Below are positions 1 to 17,645 of a stretch of DNA of 64,000 bases, piece by piece; the first letter of the stretch is position 1; every line of letters starts with the position of its first letter. This DNA is from the human T2T-CHM13v2.0 reference genome, Homo sapiens. A model generated the notes under the pieces. It ran no database searches and was not told the origin of the DNA. It saw only the letters and a list, made by a program, of their open reading frames with translations. The stretch lies in the NCBI RefSeq assembly GCF_009914755.1, contig NC_060926.1. One strand, written 5' to 3'. Position numbers and translations under genes: made by a program.

Positions 1-1500
1 CGGGCCGCGAGCGCTTCCAGTCGGGTTACTTCTGGGGGACAAGAAAGGCACCGTCTGAACGGTCGAGACGCTTTTTCCCGCTACGGTTTTCCCCGGAGCT
101 GACAGGGGCAGCAAGGTCGGAGTTGATCCGAGGGTCCCTGCCTGGTCCCGGGGGGACGGTCAGCCTCCCGCCCGGAGCCGCGGGGAGAGGAAGCAGGTCG
201 GGGTCTCCGGGACGCGCAGACACCCAGACACCGGCGGCCTCCTCCCACCAGGCTGGCAGTCGCTGAGCCCTGGCGCCTCCTTAAAGCCGCAGCTCCGCCC
301 CGACCGCCCCGCCCGCCAGTCCGTCCTCAGACCCTCCCAACCGCCGGGTCCCCGCCGCCTCGGCGGAGTGTTGTAGAGCCTCGAGCCTGCGAGGAGCGCG
401 CCGCCCGCCAGCTCCCTGCGTCCCGTCCCGCGTCCCCGCGTTCCCGCGTCCTGCGATCCGCCGCCATGGCCAGTGAGGAGCTGGCGTGCAAGCTGGAGCG
501 CCGGCTGCGGCGCGAGGAGGCCGAGGAGAGTGGCCCCCAGCTGGCTCCCCTCGGCGCCCCAGCCCCGGAGCCCAAGCCCGAGCCCGAGCCTCCCGCCCGT
601 GCGCCCACGGCCAGCGCCGACGCGGAGCTGAGCGCCCAGCTGAGCCGGCGGCTGGACATCAACGAGGGCGCTGCGCGGCCCCGGCGCTGCAGGGTCTTCA
701 ACCCCTACACGGAGTTCCCGGAGTTCAGCCGCCGCCTCATCAAGGACCTGGAGAGCATGTTCAAACTGTGAGCTCCCGCTGCGCGCCCTTCGCCCCCGGG
801 ACCAGGGAGGGAGCGGGAGGGCTTTCTGGTCCGAAGTCCCGGGCCCTGTTTGTGTGGGGAGGGGTCCCGGGGTGCAGGTAGCATTTGGCCCAACGCAGCC
901 AGATCTTGCGTGCTCGGGTCTATCTCGGCGCGGTGGGGGACGGGGCCGAAGAGGGGGGACACCAGGAGCAGGAGCTCTCCGGGACGGAGCCCAAAAGTTC
1001 TCGGCGGCTGCCGGGCCCGAGTTCCAGGTCCCCCAACCCCGACCACTGGTCCCGCCCCCTCCGCCCGCCAGTCCGGAGATTTGCTCCGAAAGCAACTTCT
1101 AGGAAAGGGAGCCGTCGCCGCGCCTCACCTGCCAGCTTTCACTGTATCCCCCCAAGGGAAAAATTAGCCCCTGTTGGCCTTTTATCTTTTAAAACAAAAG
1201 GGGAAAGTTAATCCTTGGCTGCAGCGCGGGGTCTGATGAATGAGCGGAGGCCGAGAACGGGGAGTTTGGTAAAGTCGTTGTAAGAGATTCAGGACTTTCC
1301 TGGAGCAGGCGCGGCCCGGGAGCCTCCTGGGGGCGCGGGGAGGGGGGGCGGTTGTGGGAACCGAACTTGGCCGCTGGCACCGGTCCGGCGGGGGCTCGTT
1401 GCGGTCCTGCTCTGTGAGCCCCAGTGCGCGGGGAGCCGCTCACCTGGGGAGACACTGAGCCAGAGGCAGGCGATAGAGACCCACTAGTCCACCTCGTCGC
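1..1500 (+). promoter_or_regulatory. EFHD1: CpG island / EFHD1 promoter spanning exon 1 and the start of intron 1
   Basis: Very high GC and CpG density against CpG-depleted flanks. Tandem GC boxes (CTCCGCCCC, CCGCCCC, CCGCCC) at ~293-318 upstream of the ATG. No canonical TATA (only TTAAA at 281). Confidence 0.9.
466..767 (+). CDS. EFHD1: EFHD1 coding exon 1 (aa 1-101; disordered Pro/Ala-rich N-terminus, NPYTEFPEF motif, entering helix of EF-hand 1)
   Basis: Perfect Kozak GCCGCCATGG at 460-469. Translates MASEELACKLERRLRREE...VFNPYTEFPEFSRRLIKDLESMFKL, matching the EFHD1/EFHD2 family. Donor CT|gtgagc at 767/768; 302 nt, phase 2. Confidence 0.97.
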
Positions 1501-2287
1501 CTGGAACCTCCGGGGATCTCAGTTTCCTCATCTGGAGAGTGGGAGCAGTAACAGTCCCTGCCTTTTAAGGCCGAAAAGTATTTTGCACCCGGTAAGCTCT
1601 TAACCGAGCTATTAATATTTCCAGAATTGAGCCGAGACCGGAAAAATGCCTGGGGGAGCTGAGGCCGCCGGCCAGGTCATGCTTGGGCGTTTTTAAAAGC
1701 GCATGGAATGTGTTTGCCCTCCGCGTGGAGGTTCTATTTAAAGGCGCTGTGACTGGCGCTGCGTCGCCTGAGCCTCCGCTGCCCCTGCATGGAGGTTTGC
1801 AGAGCCGGCACTTGGGAGCCTCCGCCTCCTCTGCCTCCCTGACACCCTGGTTTCTTTGTCTGGCTTCCAGGCACTGATCTGTGGCGTTTTCTGGGTCTAG
1901 TTTGGGCAGTTCAGGAAGGCCCAGTGCGCTAAAGAATGCGGCTGGGGCGAAAATGGAAAAGCAATGGGTGAGGCAAGGTTTGTTGGAGCCCTTTGATTTC
2001 TCTGGGGTAATGCCTTTCATGGGAAGACTGCCCTGGCCGGGCTGCTCCCAGACCCCACCAGTTCCTCCCAGTCCAGCTGGATTCAGGGGATCTTGGGGAG
2101 GGACCTTTATCTTCAAGTTTTCTTGTGGCCACTCAGGCTTCTTTTGTTTTTCCTATAAAACAATCTTTGGAAAGATCAACTTGTAGTTGACTACCTAAGA
2201 GTGATAAAAAGAGTCCATATGCTCAGAGGGTCTTGGGAGACGAAGCAAGGTGGCATCTGTGAGCAAACAGGTACTGGACCAGGATCA

Positions 2288-3777
<1,490 letters not shown>

Positions 3778-3807
3778 TTAGCTCCTCTGCTGCTGGGTGA
3801 GGTCGTT

Positions 3808-4103
3808 TGTTTCTTAGAGCTGCCTGAATGAAATGCCACAAAGTGGGTAGCATAAAACAACAGAAGTATATCCTCTCATAGTTCTGGAAATCAGAAGTCT
3901 GACAAGTCTGAAACCAACGTGTCAGCCGGGCTGTGCTGCCCTTGAGGCGCCAGCGAAGACTCCTTCTGTGCCTGTTTCCTGGCTTCTGGTGGTTGCCAGA
4001 ATTCTTGGTATTTCTTGTGGTATGGGCGCATCACCGTAATCTCTGCCACCCTGAGCACCTGGTGCTCTCCCTGTGTGTGTTTCTGTGTCTTCACATGGCC
4101 TTC
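3808..4103 (-). mobile_element. MLT1-family LTR remnant
   Basis: AAATGCCACAAAGTGGGTAGCATAAAACAACAGAA...CATAGTTCTGGAAATCAGAAGTCT...TCTTCACATGGCCTTC resembles MLT1. Confidence 0.7.
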
Positions 4104-7100
4104 CTTTTTTTTTTTTTTTTTTGAGATGGAGTCTCACTCCATTGCCCAGGCTGGAGTGCAGTGGTGCGATCTTGGCTCGCTGCAAGCTCCACCTCTTGGG
4201 TTCATGCCATTCTCTTGCCTCAGCCTCCCGAGTAGCTAGGACTACAGGCGCGCACCACCATGCCCAGGTAATTTTTGTATTTTTAGTAGAGATGGGGTTT
4301 CACCATGTTGGCCAGGCTGGTCTTGAACCCCTGACCTCAAATGATCCACCCGCCTCAGCCTCCCAAAACGCTGGGATTACAGGCGTGAGCCACCGCGCCT
4401 GGCTTAAGAATTTCACTTTTAAGCAGTTTCTAGATTCATGTTCTGATGTCGCCTTAGTTCGTTGGGCCCCTTGCAGTATATAACCTGATTAGACCAGTAC
4501 AAAGTACACCCTGTCTTTTTGTTTGGGGCTAGAAAGATTCATACAGATACTGGGAGACATGCTTTGATCGTTTAAATTTGATTTTCCTATTTAAAAGTAT
4601 TTGGCTTAGGGATTTCTTACATTTTCAAGGCTTAAAAAAACTGGATCCTTCCCAGCCTCTGAGTTTGTTGGGTGCTTGGAGTGGTGTCCTTTGTGAGTCC
4701 TTAGGACCTAACAAATGAGGCTGGCTCCTAAATGGTGTGTTGTAGAAGAAAGAGTGTTTTCTAATGAGTGTGGGAAGCCAGAGGCACCATCAGCCCGGCC
4801 AGAGAAAGTTCCCTCTCCATTTCCAAGCCTGTTACTGGATAGCCTGAGCCAAGAGAATAGTGGCCTGATTTTAAAAGAATGAGAAGGCCCAGAAGAAACT
4901 GACTCTACAGCGTGTATCCGTGGCTGTAACGTGAGCTGGTGGAGCAGTCAAGGTTAGACAGGAAATTTTAATTACCCTGGACTTATCTGGAGGCCTCTTT
5001 CAAAGGGAGGCAATGAGGGCAGCCACTTAAAGGCAGGACCCCAATGCAACATCTTAAAATGCAGCCGCAAGGTTTTTGCAGCATACTAAAAGCTTGTGTT
5101 TTAATTCCCCAAAGAGAGGGTGGGAAGAGGAACATTTGGCTATGGGAAAGTTGTCTTTTTCTTAAGAATCTGAAACGGTGATGTCATGGATGTCCTGCCA
5201 GTGCCAGAGTCCCGCGTTACCAAGACACCAGTGAAACCCAAAAAGGTGAGGCTGTCGTGGAATTCTTCATTTCTCGTCCCCTCTCCTCTCCCAGTTTCTT
5301 TTTCTCCTCCTTAGTCTTGTCTCTAAAGGAGAGAGAAGCGGGTGTAGATTTGGAAGGCTGGGAATTTTCCAAAGAGGTAAAGTGAGCCCTCTTAGGGAGG
5401 CTTACTGGGGAGGTGGAGGTGAGGCTGCCTGCATACTGGCATCCTGATCTTTTGAGTGAATTGACTCTAAAAATGGGAAAGATGGGTGGAAATAAAAGGA
5501 AGAAGTTAAGTGCTTTCTTTTTCCTTGGAGAAAGGCAAGAGGTACTGACTTGTCCTGGCTATAGCTTCAGTCAACAGTGATCACCTTAGATGTGAAATTT
5601 TCTCACCTGCACTGGATTTTGTACATTTGACAATTTTGAATTGGGGGGTAGGGTAAGAGGACCTAGGGCTTGTCTGAATTCTGGAGGATAGCTTTAGGTC
5701 AGCCTTCTGTTTTGGGTCTTAGTTTCTGGCAGAAAGACCCCATGCCTTGGAACTGTGTCTTAGACGGGTTTAAGTGCTGGCTGCTTTTACTTGCCAGCAC
5801 GCATGATTAACCCATGTAGGAGGAGCTGGAAGGAGCTTCCACAGTTGCTGGTGGGTTTATCTTTGTAGGGAGTTCCCTCTTCCTCCTCATTCCTCGCTCC
5901 ACACCTCCCTCTCCCTGGGATGTCTCCTCCACCATCCTTGTTACAGAGCCATCGAATTTTATGAGAATTTGAATAATGGAAATTTGAAGTTGAGTGATGA
6001 AAACAGTTATTAAAGTGTTACATTATACAGAAAGAGAAAGGTCCTTTCCCCCTTCTCCCTTGCAGGATTATTAAAAAGTGCCTGATTTCAAAGCTGTAAG
6101 GTCCAGGAGACTTTAACTTTTTTTTTTTTTTCTTTTCTCAAGACAGAGTCTTGCCATGTTGCCTAGGCTGGTCTTGAACTCCTAGGCTCAGGTGATTCTC
6201 TTGTCTCAAAGCGCTGGGATCATAGGCATGGGCTACTTCGCCTGGCCAGACTCTCTCTCTCTCTCTTTTCTTAAATGTTGTTGTATACCAACCAAACTAA
6301 CTTTATACCCTCAGCCCTGTGGTACCCCCTGGACCAACTAGTATATAGGAATACTTCTTCCATTGACCTGCAGGGTGTTTGATTGGCATGGGGCTATGTT
6401 CTGCATGGGTTCATGGTGTGGCTGAGTTAGTGGGTCTCCAAAGATGTGCCGAATGGCCTAAGAGTCCACAAATCAGGTCTTGGGAGCTAGAGGGTGCCAG
6501 GCTGTCTACAATTGATATTCATCTTAGTTAGGAGCCCAGCACATCCTCAGGGCACTGACATCTGGGGTTGGCACACGTTTGTCTTTAGCTTTAGACTTCA
6601 CAAATCTCTGTATATCATGTGCAACCTCACACACTCACACATGCCTACCTGCGTGCTCACACACTAGCTCACTCCCACAGCCACTTTTCGGGTGAGGCTG
6701 TCGCGGACTCACCTGTCGTGACTCACCACACTTGGCCTCCTCCACATTTTACAGTCCTCCCAGAACACCCCTCTATAGCCTCCTCCTGCTTCTGTGTCCC
6801 CTGAGTGTTGGTGGCCAAAGGGCATCATTGATCCTAAATTCTAGATGCTTCTTGGCAGGAATAACCTTGAGTTATTGGAGCATGGACCATGATCCTCCAT
6901 TCCCAGCAAGATGAAACCTGACCTGTGGTCAATGACCTGCCAAGACATGGCCTTCCACGTTCCAAGGCTGCAGAGGTTCTGTGGTACCCCTGGTCCAACT
7001 GGTAAACAGGAATACTTCTTCCATTGACCTGCAGGGGCTTTGATTAGCATGGGGCTACATTATGTGTGGGTTCATGTCGTGGCTGAGCTAGTGGGTCTCT

Positions 7101-8093
7101 AAAGATGGGCGAATGACCTAAGAGTCCACTTAGGTCTCCTCCAGTGTTCCCAGCTCTGGGCTTCTGTGGCCAGCACTGTCCATATGTCTGCTAGTGTGTG
7201 CTCCTGTGGTACCATATCATGATGATGATGACGATGATCACCATGAGCCCCTTTCCAACCTGCTATGAGCTATTCATTCACTCATTCATTTTTTCATTCA
7301 TTTAGCTAAGCACCTGCCAGGTGCCAGTTTATATATACTTGTATAATCTGGAAGGATCTTGGCCCTTGAGAAGCTCAACAAATGCTGACAGCAAGCTGGA
7401 TGTAACATGATGCTGTTTGGATGGGAGGGATGTCACTCCCCGAGAAGCCACCCACCACCCACATACAGGAGGACACTCCAGTAGCTGAGCAGACCCTGAG
7501 AGGATGTGAGAGTTGGGGACACTCTGACCTCAGGCTGCTGCATTCAAAGCAGGGGCTCCTGGTCGTTCTGGGCACAGCCAGGGAGGAGCAGCCACCAAGG
7601 ACTGTGAAGGGATTCAGGCCCTGGGTGGAGGCAGCAGGGAAGGCCCTTGGGATGAACCTCCTGGAGACAGAGAATGGGGGCTGAGAACTTGATCTCAGTG
7701 GTGAGTGCTTGACCTTGGATGGCAGAAGGAGGGCAGTGAGGGCTCAAGGAAAGGAAGCTGCAGCCATCGGGAAGCAAGAGCCTTCTCATGGTGGGAGTTA
7801 GTATTATTATTACTATTTTTTGAAACAGGGTCTCTCTCTGTCACCCAGGCTGGAGTGCAGTTGCACAGTCTTGGTCCACTGCAACCTCCACCTCCCGGGC
7901 TCAAGTGATCCTCCCGCCTTAGCCTCCTGAGTAACTGGGACTACAGGCACGACCACCATGCCCAGCTAATTTTTGTATTTTTTGTAGAGACGGGGTTTTG
8001 ACATGTTGCCCAGCCTGGTCCTGGGCTCAAGTGATCCTCCCATCTCTGCCTCCCAAAAGTGTTGGTTACAGGCATGAGCCACCGCACCTGGCC
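4104..8093 (-). mobile_element. Antisense Alus (~4104-4403, monomer ~6117-6247, AluJ ~7810-8093)
   Basis: Poly-T followed by GAGACAGAGTCT...CCCAGGCTGGAGTGCAGTGG and related reverse-complement Alu motifs. Confidence 0.88.
6317..7129. repeat. Diverged direct duplication of ~150 bp (6317-6469 and 6979-7129)
   Basis: Manual alignment gives about 21 differences over ~153 nt. Shared exact block AGGAATACTTCTTCCATTGACCTGCAGGG. Confidence 0.9.
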
Positions 8094-8275
8094 ACAATCG
8101 GAGTTACTGAGAAATGGAACGAAAGGTCTTGCAAGGTGGTGAGCTGCTTTCTCTGGAGTTTCACTGGAAGGGAGGTACTCTGACTCCCTGGCGTGAGAGG
8201 CTTGCAGTTAGGAAGGGCCGAAAGCTTATGGAGGCTAGGAGATGGGCTGTGTGACTTCCAAGATTCTTTCTAGGC

Positions 8276-8478
8276 CATGGGTGGGCAAAGTTGTTCTGTT
8301 AAGGGTCAGATAATCCATCTGTTTGGCTTTGGGCCCTAAGGTTTCTGTTGTCCCTCTGCAGCCTGCCATTGTGATATGAAAGCAGCCACAGGCAATATGC
8401 AAATGGCATGGCATGGCTGTGTTCCTGTAACACTTGGTGAGCATGATTTGGCCTGCAGGCCCAAGTTAGCCAGCCCCC
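8276..8478. mobile_element. MER58A-like hAT-Charlie DNA transposon
   Basis: Degenerate TIRs CAtGGGTgGGCAAA / TTAGCCAGCCCC. Internal AAGGGTCAGATA, AAAGCAGCCACAGGCAATATG, TGGCTGTGTTCC. Confidence 0.75.
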
Positions 8479-8863
8479 ATGCTAGGCAGTCGCTTTAGAA
8501 TCTTGAATCCAGAGCCTGATCTCATTTGTCCCCTTTCTCACTTCTCGGCCTTTCCTCCCATCAGTGGCCTCAGGTCCAGAGGGGACACGGTGGAAGCCTG
8601 GTGTCCCCCCAGTTGGGTAGGCAGCATAGTGAGGCCTGAGTTCCAGGACCCCAGAGTTGCTTTTGGAAGATTAGCACTGGAGAAGGAGCAGGACCTGCAT
8701 CTGCTTCTTCTGCGGGCTGAGGAAGCCTCGCAGCTGGCGCTCACAGCTGGAGCCCCGGGGTAACACTCCCCACCCTAGGAAGGCTTGCCTTCCTATGGCT
8801 TCCCCTAAGAGGTGGTCCATGGTGTGTTTGAGCTTAAAAACTCCCAATGAAAAAGACAAATGA

Positions 8864-9181
<318 letters not shown>

Positions 9182-9491
9182 TTAGCCTTGGGTGTCTGCT
9201 TAGCCCCGTGGTTGGAGCAGGAGCTCTTGACTTCCGGTCTTGGAACTCTCGCCAATAGTGTGTGGAATTGCACTCTCACACCTGCTGGGAGACCTTGCTT
9301 TTCAAGGGGGTGTACAGCTCCTCACCCCAGAAAAATTTGAGATCTACTGGTTTGGAGGGAAATGGGAGATAAGAATCTTATGACTTAAGGAAAACTTATT
9401 TTTTGTTATCAAATTATAGTGTTCCCCATTGAAAATTTCCTTTAAAACTGTAAAGATCTTTAGGAAGTAGAGAGTGGAAGCCGATGCTGTT

Positions 9492-9586
9492 CTGTTCCCG
9501 AGGGTCACCTGCAGCTGTTCCCGAGGGTCACCTCCAGCTGTTCCCGAGAGTCACCTCCAGCTGTTCCCGAGGGTCACCTCCAGCTG
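9492..9586. repeat. Minisatellite, 4 x 23 bp (CTGTTCCCGAGGGTCACCTCCAG)
   Basis: Units start at 9492, 9515, 9538 and 9561. Only two substitutions in total (GCAG in unit 1, GAGAG in unit 3). Confidence 0.95.
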
Positions 9587-10093
9587 GTTGGGTGCATGTT
9601 CTTACACAAGATTGTAAGAGACGATCTATGCTGTTCTGCCTGTATTACTTGGGAGGCCTTTGGCTCAAATGATGGAAAACTCTGCCCCAAACTCACTAAT
9701 GAATAAAGAAATGGATCATCTCATGGATGAGGGCGTCCAGAGGACAAGGGTGGCCCTGGGGCAGTGGTTGGTTGCTGCTGTCATCCAGGACTTGGGTTCC
9801 GTCCTCTGCCCTCTGCCACCCTCTGTGCTGGCGTCAAGGTGGCAAGGTGTGAGTTTCCCCGAGTCACATCAGCTGCGACAAAATCCAGAGGCAGGAAAGA
9901 CCTAGAGTTCTTCTAAACAATGAGGAAATTAACATGTAACCAGCTAGAAGTGAAAAAAAAAAAGAAAAAATAAACAATGAGGAAATCTTCCTCTATGTGT
10001 GCCCCAAGCTGGCCTCTGGCATCCCATCACCAGCCCATCCGGGGTAGTTTCCATTCCCTGAGGGATGGAGCCAAAACTGGGTTCTGTTAGTGA

Positions 10094-14697
<4,604 letters not shown>

Positions 14698-14718
14698 TCC
14701 TTTCAGAACTTTTATGCA

Positions 14719-14970
14719 GACCTGGCAAGGTGGCTCACTCCTGTAGTCCCGGCACTTTGGGAGGCCGAGGCAAGAGGATTGCTTGAGTACAGGAGTTCAA
14801 GACCAGCCTGAGCAACATGGCGAAACTCTGTCTTTACAAAAAATATGAAAAACTAGTTGGGCATAGGAGGTACGTACCTGTGGTCCCAGCTAGGCAGGAG
14901 GCTGAGGCGTGAGGATTGCTTGAACCTGGGAGTTGGAGGCTGCAGTGAGCTAGTATCACACTCACTGCAG
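14719..14970 (+). mobile_element. AluJ-like, inverted relative to the Alu ~20 bp upstream
   Basis: GGTGGCTCAC..CTGTAGTCCCGGCACTTTGGGAGGCCGAGGCAAGAGGATTGCTTGAG. Confidence 0.85.
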
Positions 14971-15459
14971 TGAGTGAATAAGCCGAGTGTTTGGGGCACA
15001 AGGAGAGCTGGGAGTTTATCGGACAAAAGTGGCTATGAGTGGTTTGATTGGATGATGAAAACTTTGGGTCAAAGCTTTTGTATCTCTGAGTCCCCTGGCC
15101 CTTTTTCAGAGCCTGCCCACCCTCAGTCTGCATGCAGCTAGAGCATTGGGAGTGACTGTTTCCCAGCCCGCAGCTGGTTGGGCAGGAAGGAGGAGCAGGT
15201 GATTTGACAGCTGGGGAGGACCCACCCAACCAGAGAAAACTAGAAACTCAGAGAACCTTGCAGGCAGGGATGTAGGGAGAGGGACTACAGTCCTGTGACC
15301 TTAGGGAGTCTCCGAGGCTCATCTAGATAGGCACAGCTGGGGACACCCATAGGGTAACCCCAGGAGGGCCCCTGGGAAGACCACCTGCCGGTGGGTGTAG
15401 TCTGTGCTGCCCTTCTCTGCCTTGAACGTGCCCAGGGGCTGTGGTGTGGGGGGCTTGTG

Positions 15460-15570
15460 AACATGCAGGCTCTGATTCAGCAGGTCTAGGGGTCTCGGTA
15501 GAACTTGAGACTGCATTTGTAACACTCCTGGGTGACCGTGATGCTCTGGTCTGGGGACCTCACTTTGTGG
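15460..15570. mobile_element. MER5-like hAT-Charlie fragment
   Basis: CTGATTCAGCAGGTCT...CTGCATTTgTAACA...GATGCTCTGGTCTGGGGACCTCACTTTG. A similar fragment lies at ~61900-61990. Confidence 0.6.
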
Positions 15571-16608
15571 GGCCAGCGCCTGGCTGTTGAAAAAGGCAAT
15601 GCGTGATTTCTATTCCAAGCCTTTCTGTGTGAAGAGAAGAAGGTACTCTTGTGTCCTGGTGTCCCTGAGATGCAGGCAACCCCCTCCCATCACTAAGGCG
15701 TGTTCTGGGGCACTGCTACCCTCCTGAGAACACCCTATCTGAGAGATCCCTGGGGAGTTTCCAACAGCTGAACCTCTGGTGGACAAAGGCTGGCCAGCTT
15801 CTTTTTCCATGAATGGCAGGATAATTCCTGGGAGGGAAGTTAGAAAACCAAGAAAGCCTGGGGCTCTCTGCACAGTGGAAGCCAAGAGAATAAGTGACTG
15901 ACTCATGGACCTGAAACCGGGAGGACGCCGGAGACCAGCCATTGTCCCTTGCTGCTGTCCTCTTGCTAGCTGGCCCTGGGTGGGGTTGGGGTCGGAGTCA
16001 CCTCGGGCCCTTTGGCGGATCTGGGGGCTTTCCCAGGCAGTGGGCACGCACAGCAGCAGATGGTCAAGCGGCCCACACAGTCACGCCTCACTCTACCGCT
16101 CAGTGGTGGCCTCAACTAGTAGATGAGTTGAGAAGCCTTTTCCAGGAGACCTGGGGAGGCGGGCCTTATCCTCTGATAGGACTGGGCCCTAACAGTCACT
16201 CAGGAATGGCTTTGTGGAGCGGTAGCACAGTGACCATGGCAGGTGGCGGATTTGGGTTTTCCCCAGAAAGCTAAAGATGAGGCTGTCTGGGACAAGTTGG
16301 GTGTGGGCAGCTTGTTAGAGTGGAAGCCCTGGGAACTGTCTGCTTCCTCATGACCGCAGACAAGTGCTACTTTAAAAAAATAGCCTCCTCACCGATAGCT
16401 TACCTGGGCCTGTGTCCTGTGCAAGGGGATGATTTCCTTTGGGCCCCTCGACCACTCTGCAAGGCACACAAGGCTCATGGCAGTCTCAAGTTACAGATGG
16501 GGCCAAGTCTCTCCCAAGAGGGTGGTGGGGCTGGTTTAGAATCTTTCCAACTGCCAGTGGAACCAGAGTCTCCCCCTAACAGAGTCTGGAGACTATAAAG
16601 ATGAAAGG

Positions 16609-16924
16609 GACTGAGCGTGGTGATACATGCCTGGAGTTCCAGCCACTTAGGAGGATCTCCTGAGCCCAAGAGTTCTGGGCTTTCTGGGGTCTGTGCCCAT
16701 CGGGTGCCCACACTGAGCTCAGCATCAATACGGTGACTTCCCAAGAGGGGAGGTGGGGTTAGGGGGGATCACCAGGCTGCCTAAAGAGGGGTGAACTGGC
16801 CCGGGTCAGAAGCAGCAGGTCAAAACTCCCGTGCTGGTCAGCAGTGGGATTGCTCCTGTGAATAGCCACTGCACTCCAGCCTGGGCAACATAGCGAGGCC
16901 CTATCTCTAAAAAGTAACAATAGC
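16609..16924 (+). pseudogene. 7SL (SRP RNA) processed pseudogene, RN7SL-type
   Basis: Contains the 7SL S-domain absent from Alu (CATCAATACGGTGAC, ACCAGGCTGCCTAAAGAGGGGTGAAC, AGCAGGTCAAAACTCCCGTGCTG, CCTGTGAATAGCCACTGCACTCCAGCCTGGGCAACATAGCGAG). Degenerate A tail. 12-bp TSD AAAGATGAAAGG at 16597-16608 and 16925-16936. Confidence 0.93.
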
Positions 16925-17052
16925 AAAGATGAAAGGAACTGAGAAAATGGAAAATATGGGAAAAGGCCACAAGTCCACAAGGAAGCTCTAGGATGCAAAC
17001 AGGGGTGCAGGGTCTTTTTACGGGTAGTTTTTCTTTACTGTTCTGGGTTGCC

Positions 17053-17645
<593 letters not shown>

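Noticed and set aside
160-1095. 311-aa antisense ORF (and other overlapping ORFs) across exon 1
   Set aside because: Expected in a very GC-rich island with few stop codons. Low-complexity G/P/R/A composition, non-ATG start, partly the shadow of the real CDS.
9492-9586. 23-bp direct repeats as a CRISPR-like array
   Set aside because: Units are head-to-tail with no spacers, there are no cas genes, and the context is eukaryotic. It is a minisatellite.
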